In this document: positions 24,181 to 35,131 of the stretch, in pieces
Layout: the number at the start of each line of letters is the position of its first letter
Position numbering within the stretch: the stretch's first letter is position 1
Virus record (IMG/VR): IMGVR_UViG_3300044695_006284
Coordinates: 1 to 64,000 of that record
Direction: 5' to 3' (one strand)
Length of the DNA: 64,000 nt
Origin: a virus
The notes under the pieces: generated by a model
Seen by the model: the letters and a program-made list of their open reading frames with translations, nothing else
The model's database searches: none
What the model was told of the DNA's origin: nothing
Translations under genes and position numbers: made by a program

Positions 24181-25736
24181 TGAGAAGATTCTTTTCTAGT
24201 AAAATTGGAGTAAGAAAAACACAAGTGCCAAATCTTGTGGGTTTAAAAGAGTCATCTGCAATTTCACTTTTATCTTCAAGACTTTTAACTTACACTTCAG
24301 CACATGTAAATGTAAACTATTTATCTCAAGATAAAGATGTTTCTTTTCAAAGTATACCTTCTGGAACCATAGTTCCAATAAATTCCGTTATACCATTTAT
24401 TTATAAAATTTATGTAGGGGTAACAGTCCCTAATCTTGCTGGCCAGTCAAGATCATCAGCTCAGTCAATGATCGCTTCTGCTGGACTAGTTTATTCTGGA
24501 GAATCTTCTACTTCTTCAGGTGCGACATCTGGCAATAACGGCACAGTGTCTTCTCAGTCTCCTTCTGCTGGTTCGGTTGTAGATGCTGGAACATCCGTTT
24601 CGTACTCATACTATTCTTATGTTGCACCACCTGAGCCACAAAAGGTAACAGTCCCTAATCTTGCTGGCCAGTCAAGATCATCAGCTCAGTCAATGATCGC
24701 TTCTGCTGGACTAGTTTATTCTGGAGAATCTTCTACTTCTTCAGGTGCGACATCTGGCAATAACGGCACAGTGTCTTCTCAGTCTCCTTCTGCTGGATCG
24801 CTTGTAAATCCAGGAACATCTGTTTCGTACTCATACTATTCTTATGTTGCACCACCTGCACCAACTACTGGTGTTGTATATGTAACTTACATATTCCTTG
24901 GATCTGTATATAATGAGTCGTATGTGGTTGACGCAAACAATGTAGTTGTTCAAAATATTTCTCAAGCAGTATCCGCATACACATTGTTGCTTAGTGGAAT
25001 GGGAGCCACAAGTATAGCGGCATCAATTTCTGGACCGCCCACACCTGCTGTGTATATTCCACCAGTAGTTATTAACACTGACCCACCAGTAGTTGTTAAC
25101 ACTGACCCACCAGTAGTTGTTAACACTGACCCACCAGTAGTTGTTAACACTGACCCACCAGTAGTTGTTAACACTGACCCACCAGTAGTTGACACTATTG
25201 ACACCATTGACACTATTGACACCATTGACACAATCAACACCGACCTTGGCGGAGGATGCCATGTTTTTGGAACTCAAATTCAGATGTCAGACGGCACATT
25301 TAAAAATATTGAGAATTTGTATATTGGTGATGAGGTTATGGCTGCAAACATACCAGGATTAGGAGATAATGAAGCCGACATAAATAACCTAAGTCTTTGG
25401 AGCTCAGAAGACATATCTGAAACAACAAAAACTACTGCAAATGTAACAAATATTATTGTAAGGTCATATGGAGAGTATTACTTGATAAATAATAGTATTA
25501 GGATAACCTATGAGCATGTTATTCCAGTTAAGAAAAACGGAATATGGAAATTTATCACAGTTGAAGAATTGCATGTTGGAGATATAATTGTTGATGAAAA
25601 CTTGCAATATGTTTTAGTTGATTCAAAAGAATTGGTCAAAGAAAATGTTAATACAGTATCAATCAACACAGAACCAAAAGATGTTTATTTTACTGAAGGC
25701 TTAATGGCACACAACATCGCCTGGGAAATCAAATAA
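24180..25736 (+). CDS. PASTA-repeat, Pro-rich repeat and C-terminal Hint-domain protein
   Basis: Three VPNL.G...Q.P..G repeats; GC.VFGT, TYEH, LMAHN. Confidence 0.8.
   Translation: MRRFFSSKIGVRKTQVPNLVGLKESSAISLLSSRLLTYTSAHVNVNYLSQDKDVSFQSIPSGTIVPINSVIPFIYKIYVGVTVPNLAGQSRSSAQSMIASAGLVYSGESSTSSGATSGNNGTVSSQSPSAGSVVDAGTSVSYSYYSYVAPPEPQKVTVPNLAGQSRSSAQSMIASAGLVYSGESSTSSGATSGNNGTVSSQSPSAGSLVNPGTSVSYSYYSYVAPPAPTTGVVYVTYIFLGSVYNESYVVDANNVVVQNISQAVSAYTLLLSGMGATSIAASISGPPTPAVYIPPVVINTDPPVVVNTDPPVVVNTDPPVVVNTDPPVVVNTDPPVVDTIDTIDTIDTIDTINTDLGGGCHVFGTQIQMSDGTFKNIENLYIGDEVMAANIPGLGDNEADINNLSLWSSEDISETTKTTANVTNIIVRSYGEYYLINNSIRITYEHVIPVKKNGIWKFITVEELHVGDIIVDENLQYVLVDSKELVKENVNTVSINTEPKDVYFTEGLMAHNIAWEIK
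24420..24858 (+). repeat. near-identical ~214-bp tandem duplication (PASTA units)
   Basis: 24420-24633 vs 24645-24858. Confidence 0.9.
25059..25235 (+). repeat. coding tandem repeats, 24 bp x5 (PPVVVNTD) then 9 bp x5 (DTI)
   Basis: Read directly from the sequence. Confidence 0.9.
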
Positions 25737-25803
25737 TATTTGCCAAATAAAACTTTAAAGGAGATAAAAAATTATAATAGAATCACTTGGAGAAAATATT
25801 TAT

Positions 25804-26352
25804 ATGTATAAGAATGCAAGCGACGGCAAATTAGACATACTATCTGATTTAAAAAAAATATTTTTAGACTATAATAAAGATTATAAGCCTGCAACTATCA
25901 ATAATCATGACTATGACACATCTTTACGATCATGTACTGTATTTTCTTTGTATCCAAGTAAAGATGAGAGTTTAGAGTATAACAGTGCAAAGAGGGTCCT
26001 TAATAAAAAAATAGATTCATATTTATTTAAATGCATTTCTCATTTTATTAAATCTACTGGCATTAAGGTAAAAGAAAGAGAGCCGTGGGAGATATTGAGA
26101 TATGAAGAGTCACAAAAATTAACATGGCATAGTGATGACGGTGCAAGTCACCCAGCAACTGTATCGTTTGTGTATTACATAAATGATGATTACGTGGGTG
26201 GAGAAATTGAATTTAAAAACAAGCTAGGCGGGGCTACAATAAAGCCAGAAAAAGACAGTCTCATAGTATTCCCATCTAACATAGACTATACTCATAGAGT
26301 AGTTCCAGTAACATCTGGTGTAAAACATTCAGTTATTTCCTTTGCTAAATAA
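25804..26352 (+). CDS. prolyl 4-hydroxylase-like 2OG-Fe(II) oxygenase
   Basis: HSD...YINDDY.GGE...H.V.PV.SG.K. Confidence 0.85.
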   Translation: MYKNASDGKLDILSDLKKIFLDYNKDYKPATINNHDYDTSLRSCTVFSLYPSKDESLEYNSAKRVLNKKIDSYLFKCISHFIKSTGIKVKEREPWEILRYEESQKLTWHSDDGASHPATVSFVYYINDDYVGGEIEFKNKLGGATIKPEKDSLIVFPSNIDYTHRVVPVTSGVKHSVISFAK

Positions 26353-26400
26353 ATAAAATACTGTATAATTAAACAATAAGCAACACTGCCTGGAGGAAAA

Positions 26401-26952
26401 ATGGCAACAAGTTACCCAGTATCAAAAGACAACTTTACAAATCCTGCCGCAACTCAATCAATGGAAGGCCACGCAGCTTTGCATGGTAACGTCAATGATG
26501 CAATTGAAGCAATTGAAAACAAGCTTGGCGTAAATGGGTCTACAGATGTAAACTCAATAGACTACAAGGTTTCTCAGCTAGAAACAAACTTGGCTACCCT
26601 TGATGCAGAAAATGCTTCAGAGCTTTTGGGGCTAGATGGAAACAATGATCTAACAATAGACGGAATAGAAAACAAGACATCTATAGATTCATTTTCAAAG
26701 ACAGCATACAAAACAGCCAAGTATTCATTGCAGATACACAAAACTGCTGGAAACCTAACATCAACGTCAACCATACTTTTGTTAAACGATGGAACTGATG
26801 TTTACATATCAGAATCTGATATCGTATCAAACACAGATCAAACACTTGCCAATATTACTTTTGAAGAAAATAACGGTATAATAAGTCTGTGCGTAACTCC
26901 TGTTTCAGGATCAGTAAAAGTAAGATATTTTAGAACAGCATTAAAAGCATAA
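26401..26952 (+). CDS. virion structural protein
   Basis: H...H...NDAIEAIE.KLG; C-terminal beta domain. Confidence 0.65.
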   Translation: MATSYPVSKDNFTNPAATQSMEGHAALHGNVNDAIEAIENKLGVNGSTDVNSIDYKVSQLETNLATLDAENASELLGLDGNNDLTIDGIENKTSIDSFSKTAYKTAKYSLQIHKTAGNLTSTSTILLLNDGTDVYISESDIVSNTDQTLANITFEENNGIISLCVTPVSGSVKVRYFRTALKA

Positions 26953-26978
26953 AAAAGCAGTAAAAGGGAGTCATATCA

Positions 26979-28718
26979 ATGGCAACAGTAAATAAAAACT
27001 TTAGAATTAAAAATGGGCTTATCGTTGAAGGTGGCACCGCTACCGTTGGTGGTTTTGGTGTATTAACAAAAGCCCAAGCAGACCAAGACTACATTGTAAG
27101 TCTTATTGGTGGTACAGCGACCTCAGCTAACGAAGCTAACAAGGTTGTAAAGCGTGACGCCAATGGAAACTTTGCTGCAGGAACAATTACTGCAACATTT
27201 GTTGGTAACGTAACAGGTACTGTTTCAAGCCTTTCAAATCATGACACGGACGACCTTGCAGAGGGTTCAAACCTTTACTTTACAAATGCTCGTGCACTTT
27301 CAGCAACAGCAGCAGCATACGATGCAGCAGGATCAGCAGCAGGAGCTCAATCAGCAGCCATTTCAGCAGCAGCATCAGATGCTACAACAAAGGCCAACGC
27401 AGCACAGTCAGCAGCTATCTCAGCAGCAGCAACAGATGCTACTACAAAAGCTAACGCAGCTCAAGCAGCAGCAGAAGCAACTGCAGCATCAGATGCAACA
27501 TCTAAGGCTAACGCAGCCCAAGCAGCAGCAGAAGCAACTGCAGCAGGAGACGCTACTACAAAGGCTAACGCAGCCCAAGCAGCAGCTATCTCAGCAGCAG
27601 CAGCAGACGCTACTACAAAGGCAGCAACAGCTAAGTCAGAAGCAATCTCAGCAGCAGCAGCAGACGCTACTACAAAGGCAGACGCAGCTCAAGCAGCAGC
27701 AATTTCAGCAGCAGCAACAGCAGCAGGCTCAGCAATTTCAAGTGCAATTTCAACAGAAGTTACAAATCGAAATACAGCAATTGCAAATGCTGTAGATAAT
27801 CTTGTTGATGGCGCTCCAGCACTTCTTAACACATTAAATGAATTAGCAGCAGCTATTAACGACGATGCTAATTATACAACAACTATTACAACAGCTTTAG
27901 GAACAAAAGCACCACTTGCTTCACCAGCACTTACTGGTACACCTACAGCACCTACTGCAGAAGCAGATACCAATACAACTCAGATTGCAACTACAGCATT
28001 TGCTAAAGGTGAAGCAGACGCAGCTCAAGCAGCAGCAGAAGCAACTGCAGCATCAGATGCAACATCTAAGGCTAACGCAGCTCAAGCAGCAGCAGAAGCA
28101 ACTGCAGCAGGAGACGCTACTACAAAGGCTAACGCAGCCCAAGCAGCAGCTATCTCAGCAGCAGCAACAGACGCTACTACAAAGGCTAACGCAGCCCAAG
28201 CAGCAGCTATCTCAGCAGCAGCAACAGACGCTACTACAAAGGCTAACGCAGCCCAAGCAGCAGCTATCTCAGCAGCAGCATCAGATGCAACATCTAAGGC
28301 TAACGCAGCTCAAGCAGCAGCAGAAGCAACTGCAGCAGCAGCTAATACAGCACAGCAAGATGGAACTACAGCATTTACAGCAATTAATTACAACTCTGTT
28401 GCAAAGCAAGTTGCAGCAACAACTGGAAACATTGCAGTAGCAGCAGAAACAACAGCTATCGCTTGGGCAGCAGCAGATTACAGAAGCGCTAAGCTTGTAG
28501 TTAAGGTAAAGAACGGTGTTCATACACAGGTATCAGACCTAGTAGTAACACTAGACACTGCAAATAACGTAGCAGTTTCTGAATATGGAATTACATATTC
28601 AAACGGAACAGAGTTGGCTGCAGTCACAGCAGATTATTCTGGATCAGATGTAAGAATTAGAGTAACACCAGCAAACGCTAACACAGAAGTTGTCGTTGTT
28701 GGAACACTAATTAAATAA
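26979..28718 (+). CDS. long Ala-rich coiled-coil fibre protein
   Basis: DATTKANAAQAAA repeats; APALLNTLNELA. Confidence 0.75.
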   Translation: MATVNKNFRIKNGLIVEGGTATVGGFGVLTKAQADQDYIVSLIGGTATSANEANKVVKRDANGNFAAGTITATFVGNVTGTVSSLSNHDTDDLAEGSNLYFTNARALSATAAAYDAAGSAAGAQSAAISAAASDATTKANAAQSAAISAAATDATTKANAAQAAAEATAASDATSKANAAQAAAEATAAGDATTKANAAQAAAISAAAADATTKAATAKSEAISAAAADATTKADAAQAAAISAAATAAGSAISSAISTEVTNRNTAIANAVDNLVDGAPALLNTLNELAAAINDDANYTTTITTALGTKAPLASPALTGTPTAPTAEADTNTTQIATTAFAKGEADAAQAAAEATAASDATSKANAAQAAAEATAAGDATTKANAAQAAAISAAATDATTKANAAQAAAISAAATDATTKANAAQAAAISAAASDATSKANAAQAAAEATAAAANTAQQDGTTAFTAINYNSVAKQVAATTGNIAVAAETTAIAWAAADYRSAKLVVKVKNGVHTQVSDLVVTLDTANNVAVSEYGITYSNGTELAAVTADYSGSDVRIRVTPANANTEVVVVGTLIK

Positions 28719-28787
28719 TTTAATAAAGGTTTTGGGGGGTTCCTTAAAAATCCCCCACAAAAACAATTAGGGGATATGTGAACTTAA

Positions 28788-29153
28788 ATGGCAACAGTAG
28801 ATAAGAATTTTAAAGTAAAGAATGGACTCAATGTCGCAGGAACTGCCACATTTGGGTCTAATGTCGTTTTAGGCGAAACACCCCTTAGATTTGATACAGC
28901 AACAAATAAACTACAAATTCAGCTAAACGGAACATGGGTTCCAATAGCTTTTAATTCAGAAATTCCAGATCAAAGTACACAGGTGAGTTTTATGGATATT
29001 GGACTAGCTATTGATTATAATGGCCAGCCAATATATACAGTACAAGGAAACGGAGTTGTTCCTGAAGCAACAAGCAAATTCCTAGATGGAGGGTCACCGT
29101 CTTCTACAGATGCTGACGTTTCAATGGTTTTTGACTCTGGAGTTATATCTTAA
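28788..29153 (+). CDS. fibre-associated protein
   Basis: N-terminus MATVDKNFKVKNGL is paralogous to the previous gene. Confidence 0.65.
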   Translation: MATVDKNFKVKNGLNVAGTATFGSNVVLGETPLRFDTATNKLQIQLNGTWVPIAFNSEIPDQSTQVSFMDIGLAIDYNGQPIYTVQGNGVVPEATSKFLDGGSPSSTDADVSMVFDSGVIS

Positions 29154-29206
29154 AGCATTAAGTGATACAATAAGCAGTATAAATAAAACATATAAGGGGT
29201 AAAAAA

Positions 29207-31861
29207 ATGGCAACAGTAAGATTGCAGTTAAGAAGAGGTCTAGCAGATGATTGGTTTGATGCTAACCCAACACTAGCAGCTGGAGAAATTGGTATTGAGA
29301 CAGATACTAATACTTTTAAATTTGGAGATGGAAACACTCCTTGGAATTCACTTGAATATGCTCTCTCAGGCACAGTAGATGACTATATTCCTCTAAGCAC
29401 AAAGGCACAAGCAGGCGGAGTTGCTTCACTTGATAATTCTGGCTTTGTTCCAGTATCTCAACTGCCACCCCTTGCAAAGGTTACTGTTAGTGCAGTTGCA
29501 AACTCAGCAGCGAGACTAGCTCTTACAGCAGAGGCTGGAGATATTGCAATTCAAGCAGACAACGGACAGTCATATGTTCTTGCATCATCACCAGCATCAA
29601 CAGATGGAAACTGGCGAGCACTAGTTGGTTCAGAAGCTGTTGTAGATACAGTAGAGTCAGCATTAATTGCTGGAATAGGATTAGACAAGACTTATGACGA
29701 TGCATCTGGAACAATTACAATTGATATTGATTCAACAGTTGCAACTAAGACATATGCTGATCAAGCGGTATCAGCAGAAGCAGCATTTAGAGTATCAGGC
29801 GACTCAGGTTCAGTATCAACTGCAGCAGCAGATGCTACAGCTAAAGCTAACGCAGCTCAAGCAGCAGCAGCATCAGCACTTTCAGCACACAATGCTGTAA
29901 CAACAAACGTTCACGGAATTGAAGATACAAGCATACTTGTAACAACAACAGGAACACAAACTCTTCTTTCAAAATCTCTTACATCTCCACAGATGACAGG
30001 AGTTCCAGTTGCTCCAACAGCAACTGCTGGTACAGACACTACTCAAGTTGCAACAACAGCATTCGTACAAGATGCAATTGAGTTGGTAGTTGGCGCAGCT
30101 CCAGCAGCACTAAATACTTTAGCAGAAATCGCAACATCACTAGCTAATAATGCAGATTTATCTGGAACACTAACATCATCTATTTCTGGAAAAGTTGCAA
30201 AATCTGGAGACACTATGTCTGGTGTACTAGACATGGGTTCAAACAAGATCACATCTTTATCTACTCCAACAGCAAATTCTGATGCATCAACAAAAGCTTA
30301 TGTTGATTCAGAAATTACAAGAGTTGGCTCTGGAATATTGCAAGAGCACAATGCTGTAACAACAAGTGTTCATGGAATTACAAATACAGCAAATTTAGTA
30401 TACACTAATGATGCAAGACTAACAGACTCAAGAAATCCAATTGATAATTCTGTAGCAACAGCATCACTACAAAATGATTCCGTAACACTTGCTAAAATTG
30501 CAGATAGTGCAGTAACAACTGCTAAAATTAACAATAGCGCAGTTACATCTGATAAAATTGCAGATGGTTCAGTTACAACTGCAAAAATTGCAGATGGTGC
30601 AGTTACAGCTGCAAAAATTGCAGCAGGAGCAGTAGAAACCGTAAACCTTGCAGATCTATCTGTAACAACAAGCAAGATTGAAAACAATGGAGTAACAACA
30701 TCTAAAGTTTTAGATGGCTCAATTACTGTTGATAAATTGTCAGCAGATTCTGTAACAACATTAAAAATATCTGATCTTTCAGTAACAAATTCAAAACTTG
30801 CTGAAAATGCAGTAACAGAAGGCAAAATATCTGGTGCATCTGTAACAACTTCAAAAATTGCAGATGATGCAGTTACAACTGCAAAGATTGCAGATTCAAA
30901 TATTACTACTGCTAAAATTAACAATGATGCAGTAACATCTGACAAAATTGCATCACTTGCTGTAACAGCTGACAAAATTGGATCACTTGCTGTAACAGAA
31001 GGAAAGATTGCAGATTCAGCAGTTACAACAGGTAAAATTGCAAACGGAACAATTGTTGATGCAGATGTAAATTCAGCCGCAGCAATTGCTCAGTCAAAGA
31101 TTGACGGCCTTGGAGCAGCACTTGATGCTAAGCTAGCATCTGCAACAGCAGCATCAACATACGCACCAATTGATTCACCAACATTTACTGGAACAGTTGC
31201 TGGTGTTACAAAAGCACACGTAGGCCTTGCAAATGTTGATAATACATCAGATGCATCAAAGCCAGTATCCACAGCACAGGCAACAGCAATTGCTACAGCC
31301 AAATCAGAAGCAATTGCAGATGCAACAGCTCAGGTAAATGCAGTAATTGCATCTGCCCCAGCAGCACTAAACACTCTTGATGAGCTTGCAGCAGCACTTG
31401 GTGATGATGCAAACTTTGCAACAACAGTTACAACTAGTCTTTCATCTAAGGCTCCAATAGCTTCTCCAACATTTACTGGAACAGTAACAGTTGCAGCAGC
31501 AGGAGTAGCATTTACAGATAAAACACAGACACGGGCTGGTGTGCCATCTCTTACAACAATAGCATCAGCAATTTCATCAAACACAACACTTGATGCACTT
31601 GGTACTGACGCTGCAGTAAGAGACTCCCTAATTCCACTATCAGGAGCCGTAGGAATAACATTTGAAGCTACAGGAAATGCTAAATATTCAATCGGTTCTT
31701 CTATAAGCTTCTATCAGTCATCTGGAACAGGTGCAAACTTTATTGAAAGCGGAATTACAATTCTATCTACACCAGGTAGAATTCTTAGAACAACAAATTC
31801 ATCAGTCACAGCAACAAAGGTCGCAGCAACAACTTGGTTGTTAGCTGGAGACTTGAGATAA
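29207..31861 (+). CDS. tail fibre with Mtd_N-type N-terminus and 10-aa (VTTAKIADGA) repeats
   Basis: Motifs read from the translation. Confidence 0.75.
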   Translation: MATVRLQLRRGLADDWFDANPTLAAGEIGIETDTNTFKFGDGNTPWNSLEYALSGTVDDYIPLSTKAQAGGVASLDNSGFVPVSQLPPLAKVTVSAVANSAARLALTAEAGDIAIQADNGQSYVLASSPASTDGNWRALVGSEAVVDTVESALIAGIGLDKTYDDASGTITIDIDSTVATKTYADQAVSAEAAFRVSGDSGSVSTAAADATAKANAAQAAAASALSAHNAVTTNVHGIEDTSILVTTTGTQTLLSKSLTSPQMTGVPVAPTATAGTDTTQVATTAFVQDAIELVVGAAPAALNTLAEIATSLANNADLSGTLTSSISGKVAKSGDTMSGVLDMGSNKITSLSTPTANSDASTKAYVDSEITRVGSGILQEHNAVTTSVHGITNTANLVYTNDARLTDSRNPIDNSVATASLQNDSVTLAKIADSAVTTAKINNSAVTSDKIADGSVTTAKIADGAVTAAKIAAGAVETVNLADLSVTTSKIENNGVTTSKVLDGSITVDKLSADSVTTLKISDLSVTNSKLAENAVTEGKISGASVTTSKIADDAVTTAKIADSNITTAKINNDAVTSDKIASLAVTADKIGSLAVTEGKIADSAVTTGKIANGTIVDADVNSAAAIAQSKIDGLGAALDAKLASATAASTYAPIDSPTFTGTVAGVTKAHVGLANVDNTSDASKPVSTAQATAIATAKSEAIADATAQVNAVIASAPAALNTLDELAAALGDDANFATTVTTSLSSKAPIASPTFTGTVTVAAAGVAFTDKTQTRAGVPSLTTIASAISSNTTLDALGTDAAVRDSLIPLSGAVGITFEATGNAKYSIGSSISFYQSSGTGANFIESGITILSTPGRILRTTNSSVTATKVAATTWLLAGDLR

Positions 31862-31881
31862 TAGGAAATAGGGGATAAAAA

Positions 31882-33276
31882 ATGTCAAAGAATATAGGTA
31901 GAAGAGCATCTGCTCAGGATAACTTTACTGGTCCAGGACCAGTAACTAATCTGACGGCCACAAATGTACCAGCAGGACGTGCATTTAATAATGGTAGAAT
32001 TGATCTGTCTTGGACAAATCCTACATCTGCTAACACTCCAGATGGATATAAAGTTTTTAGAGGTGGAGTAGAAATTGCAACTGTTGCACATCCGACAAAC
32101 ACTTTTTCTAATACTGGATTAACTTCAGCCACTCTATTTTCATATACCGTTAAGTCTTATGACGCTTACGGAACATCTGTAGATTCAAATACAGCTACAG
32201 CTACAGCTACAACAATTCCAGCAGATATGGTTGCTCCAACTGCAACAGCTGGTGTTAACGAAGACACTATAACTTGGTCAGCTCCAGCAACTGGTGGATC
32301 TAATATAACACTTTACAGATGGACATCAACTGATTCAAAAACTGGAACATTCCCTGCAGGTACTACATCAGGAGTAATTACACAAGAAGCAAACACATCG
32401 CAAAGCTATCAGATTAGAGCAGAAAATGATAATGGAGCAGCTACAAATTACTCAGCATTTTCAAGTAACGTAACAACACAGGCACCAGCCTTCTTCGGTC
32501 CGCCTGCATTCTTTGCTCCGCCAGGATTCTTTGGCCCACCTTCATTCTTTGCTCCGCCAGGATTCTTTGGCCCACCCTCATTCTTTGCTCCGCCAGGATT
32601 CTTTGGACCTCCAGGATTCTTCGGTCCTCCAGGATTCTTCGGTCCTCCAGGATTCTTCGGTCCTCCAGGATTCTTTGGACCTCCAGGATTCTTCGGTCCT
32701 CCAGGATTTGGCGGGTATACCCCAAAGAGCGTTGGAGTAAATACTCTTATAAGAACCGTTGATGGGCTAGTTACTAGCGGACAGCTAGAAATTGGAGATC
32801 AAGTTTTATCTCTTTCAATACCTGGGATACCAGATAACTTTAGAGAGCTAAACTCAAACAATCAGTATGGAATTTATTCAGACTACATTTTTTCTGAAGA
32901 AAGTATAAATAATGCCGTAGAAGCTGTATCAACAGTTGTAGGTAAAGAGCTACATACATCAGAAGGTGCTGTTGCAATAAATGGAGACATTTACTCTGTA
33001 ACACACTGGATCTTAATTAAAAGAAATGGTGAAATTAAAACTGTAAACGTTACAGACGTACTTGAATCTGATCTAATATATAACTATCAGACCAAAGACT
33101 TTGTTGCCATTGAAACTTTTGAGATCAATAATGAAATAGCTATTCAGGTATATTCTATTAACACAGAGCCAATAGACTTTTATTTCACAGAAAATGGATT
33201 AACATTTGACGCACACGCTGTAACAGCGGAACTACCTGGACTAATCGGAGATCCAGATGGACCAGGACCACTTTAA
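31882..33276 (+). CDS. FN3 domains, (GFFGPP)n collagen-like repeat and degenerate Hint domain
   Basis: LSW..P...GY.V.R; 12 hexapeptide repeats; [10 protein letters not shown]...LEIGD.V...[11 protein letters not shown]. Confidence 0.8.
   Translation: MSKNIGRRASAQDNFTGPGPVTNLTATNVPAGRAFNNGRIDLSWTNPTSANTPDGYKVFRGGVEIATVAHPTNTFSNTGLTSATLFSYTVKSYDAYGTSVDSNTATATATTIPADMVAPTATAGVNEDTITWSAPATGGSNITLYRWTSTDSKTGTFPAGTTSGVITQEANTSQSYQIRAENDNGAATNYSAFSSNVTTQAPAFFGPPAFFAPPGFFGPPSFFAPPGFFGPPSFFAPPGFFGPPGFFGPPGFFGPPGFFGPPGFFGPPGFFGPPGFGGYTPKSVGVNTLIRTVDGLVTSGQLEIGDQVLSLSIPGIPDNFRELNSNNQYGIYSDYIFSEESINNAVEAVSTVVGKELHTSEGAVAINGDIYSVTHWILIKRNGEIKTVNVTDVLESDLIYNYQTKDFVAIETFEINNEIAIQVYSINTEPIDFYFTENGLTFDAHAVTAELPGLIGDPDGPGPL
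32488..32703 (+). repeat. 18 bp x12 coding repeat (G/A/S)FF(G/A)PP
   Basis: Counted from the DNA. Confidence 0.95.
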
Positions 33277-33284
33277 GACAAGTC

Positions 33285-33830
33285 TTGAAATTCATAGCAC
33301 TTGATGCTGAAAAGGAGATAGTAAAACCTATCTCCTATCAGTCTTTCCCAGAAGACTTATATCGAGAAGGAGTTTGGGGGCATTTTGCCTTTATAGAAGA
33401 TTCCGAAATAAACATAAGGGTAATTTGCTCTGCCTATAATTCAGATAGATATAAGCCAGGAACGGTTGTTGTTTCGAATAAAGTATTTAATGAGTTTCCT
33501 ATTGCTCAAAGCTCATGGAGTATGGATAATAATATAAACAGGATGTACGTTGATCCATTTTATAGAAGTAAAAAAATAGCTACATATAGTGTTATAACTA
33601 ACGACATGCTTGCACAAAAGCTTGGTCATGAAATATGGTCCGAGATATATTCTTCTAAAAACTCTGGAGGAACCGTAGCTGGAGATCAATTATACAATAA
33701 AATTTATGACCTAGGCTTTGAAGAAAAAAAAGTAAAAATTGATTTAAATGATATTTACTCGTATAGAAATTTTTCTTACCCAGTAAACTATATAGACAAA
33801 AGGATTGTTTATGATGAAACAGCTATCTAG
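33285..33830 (+). CDS. GNAT-like acetyltransferase
   Basis: INRMYVDPFYRSKKIAT resembles GNAT motif A. Confidence 0.55.
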   Translation: MKFIALDAEKEIVKPISYQSFPEDLYREGVWGHFAFIEDSEINIRVICSAYNSDRYKPGTVVVSNKVFNEFPIAQSSWSMDNNINRMYVDPFYRSKKIATYSVITNDMLAQKLGHEIWSEIYSSKNSGGTVAGDQLYNKIYDLGFEEKKVKIDLNDIYSYRNFSYPVNYIDKRIVYDETAI

Positions 33831-34386
33831 CAAAACAAATTTTATTAAAAAAGAAGTAGACTTTAAATTTAATTTTGATAACGTCAAGGATACTGTTTAT
33901 AAAAAAGATGAATTGTATAGGGTAGAAAATGGCGAGCTTGTAAAGTATGATGAGGTATATTTTCATTCAAAAAATATTTTTTCAACATATTCTACGGAAG
34001 TTTATAATTTATATTTAAATATATCAAAGGTTTTACAAGAGGCCTGCAAAGAATATGAAATAGCTAAAGATTTTCAAAAGTATATGATATATGGAAAAGT
34101 TGTTGAGTATGGAGAAAAAACAAATACTCTATGGTATGATTTCCCAGGAATAGATAAGCCACAAATGCATGGATTTTTTCTATTTAATAATAAATATAAC
34201 GTTTCTTTTAAAAATAAAGATATTATACAATCTATAGAGGTGGATAAAAATACAATAATTTTAAATAAACCTACAGATCTAATAAATATAAAGACAGATA
34301 AAGAGTGCGCTGCAATAGAGTTTTACATTTTTCCCAATAAAATGCTAAAGCATAATGAGCCAGGCGTATGGATTCCAATTTTGTAA
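33811..34386 (+). CDS. hypothetical protein, possibly a degenerate oxygenase fold
   Basis: Gene context; no HxD motif. Confidence 0.55.
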   Translation: MMKQLSSKTNFIKKEVDFKFNFDNVKDTVYKKDELYRVENGELVKYDEVYFHSKNIFSTYSTEVYNLYLNISKVLQEACKEYEIAKDFQKYMIYGKVVEYGEKTNTLWYDFPGIDKPQMHGFFLFNNKYNVSFKNKDIIQSIEVDKNTIILNKPTDLINIKTDKECAAIEFYIFPNKMLKHNEPGVWIPIL

Positions 34387-34419
34387 CAAAAATGATACAA
34401 TATATAAAAAGGAGATAAA

Positions 34420-35118
34420 ATGTTACTACAGCCAGAATACTTAGCAACAGGGATAGTTGTGTATAGAAATGCATTTAGCCCTGAAAAAAAATATATAGAA
34501 AGACTTGAAAATGCATTAGGGTCAGAAAGCAATACAACGCATAGTTGGAATGAAGCCTACACTGGATATGGTTCTAAAAACTTAAAGTATAGAGATTGTG
34601 TAGATTATAAGATAAAGTATAATAGCGATAATTCCATAACAACACATTCAAGAAATATAAAAGAGTCGGAGCAAAACGAGTTAGATAAAGACTTGATTAG
34701 TATTTGGCAAGATGCATATGATGAACAACTTCCTTGTGTAGATCAATATAGACAAATGTTTAATCTTGCACCACTAAAATACTGGGAAGCAATGAATTTT
34801 ATTAGATATAATGAAGGCCAACATTTCCAAGTTCACTCTGATCATGGATACTCTTACACATGTGTTCTATCCTTAGTTGGTTACTTAAATGATGACTACG
34901 AAGGTGGAGAGCTTCATTTTGATAAACTAAATCTAACAATAAAGCCCAAAGCTGGAGACCTATATCTATTCCCGTCTTCATATGTTTATTCTCATGCTGC
35001 TATGCCAGTAACAAAGGGCACTAAGTACTCTGTGGTTACAATGCTTGACTATCTTGAAACAGCGCATACCCCAGAATATCGTGCAATAGAAAAACAATAT
35101 TCTACAAACTTGTTATAA
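34420..35118 (+). CDS. prolyl 4-hydroxylase-like 2OG-Fe(II) oxygenase
   Basis: HSD...YLNDDYEGGE...H...PV..GTKY. Confidence 0.88.
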   Translation: MLLQPEYLATGIVVYRNAFSPEKKYIERLENALGSESNTTHSWNEAYTGYGSKNLKYRDCVDYKIKYNSDNSITTHSRNIKESEQNELDKDLISIWQDAYDEQLPCVDQYRQMFNLAPLKYWEAMNFIRYNEGQHFQVHSDHGYSYTCVLSLVGYLNDDYEGGELHFDKLNLTIKPKAGDLYLFPSSYVYSHAAMPVTKGTKYSVVTMLDYLETAHTPEYRAIEKQYSTNLL

Positions 35119-35131
35119 TAGTAATTAGTAA

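Noticed and set aside
23189-28440. Gln-rich alternative-frame ORFs (23189, 27241, 27916) and antisense ORFs across structural genes
   Set aside because: They are shadows of GCA-rich Ala codons and of codon bias in the real genes.
25059-32703. Short tandem repeats as CRISPR or DGR elements
   Set aside because: They are in-frame coding repeats with synonymous variation, have no spacers, and no reverse transcriptase is present.
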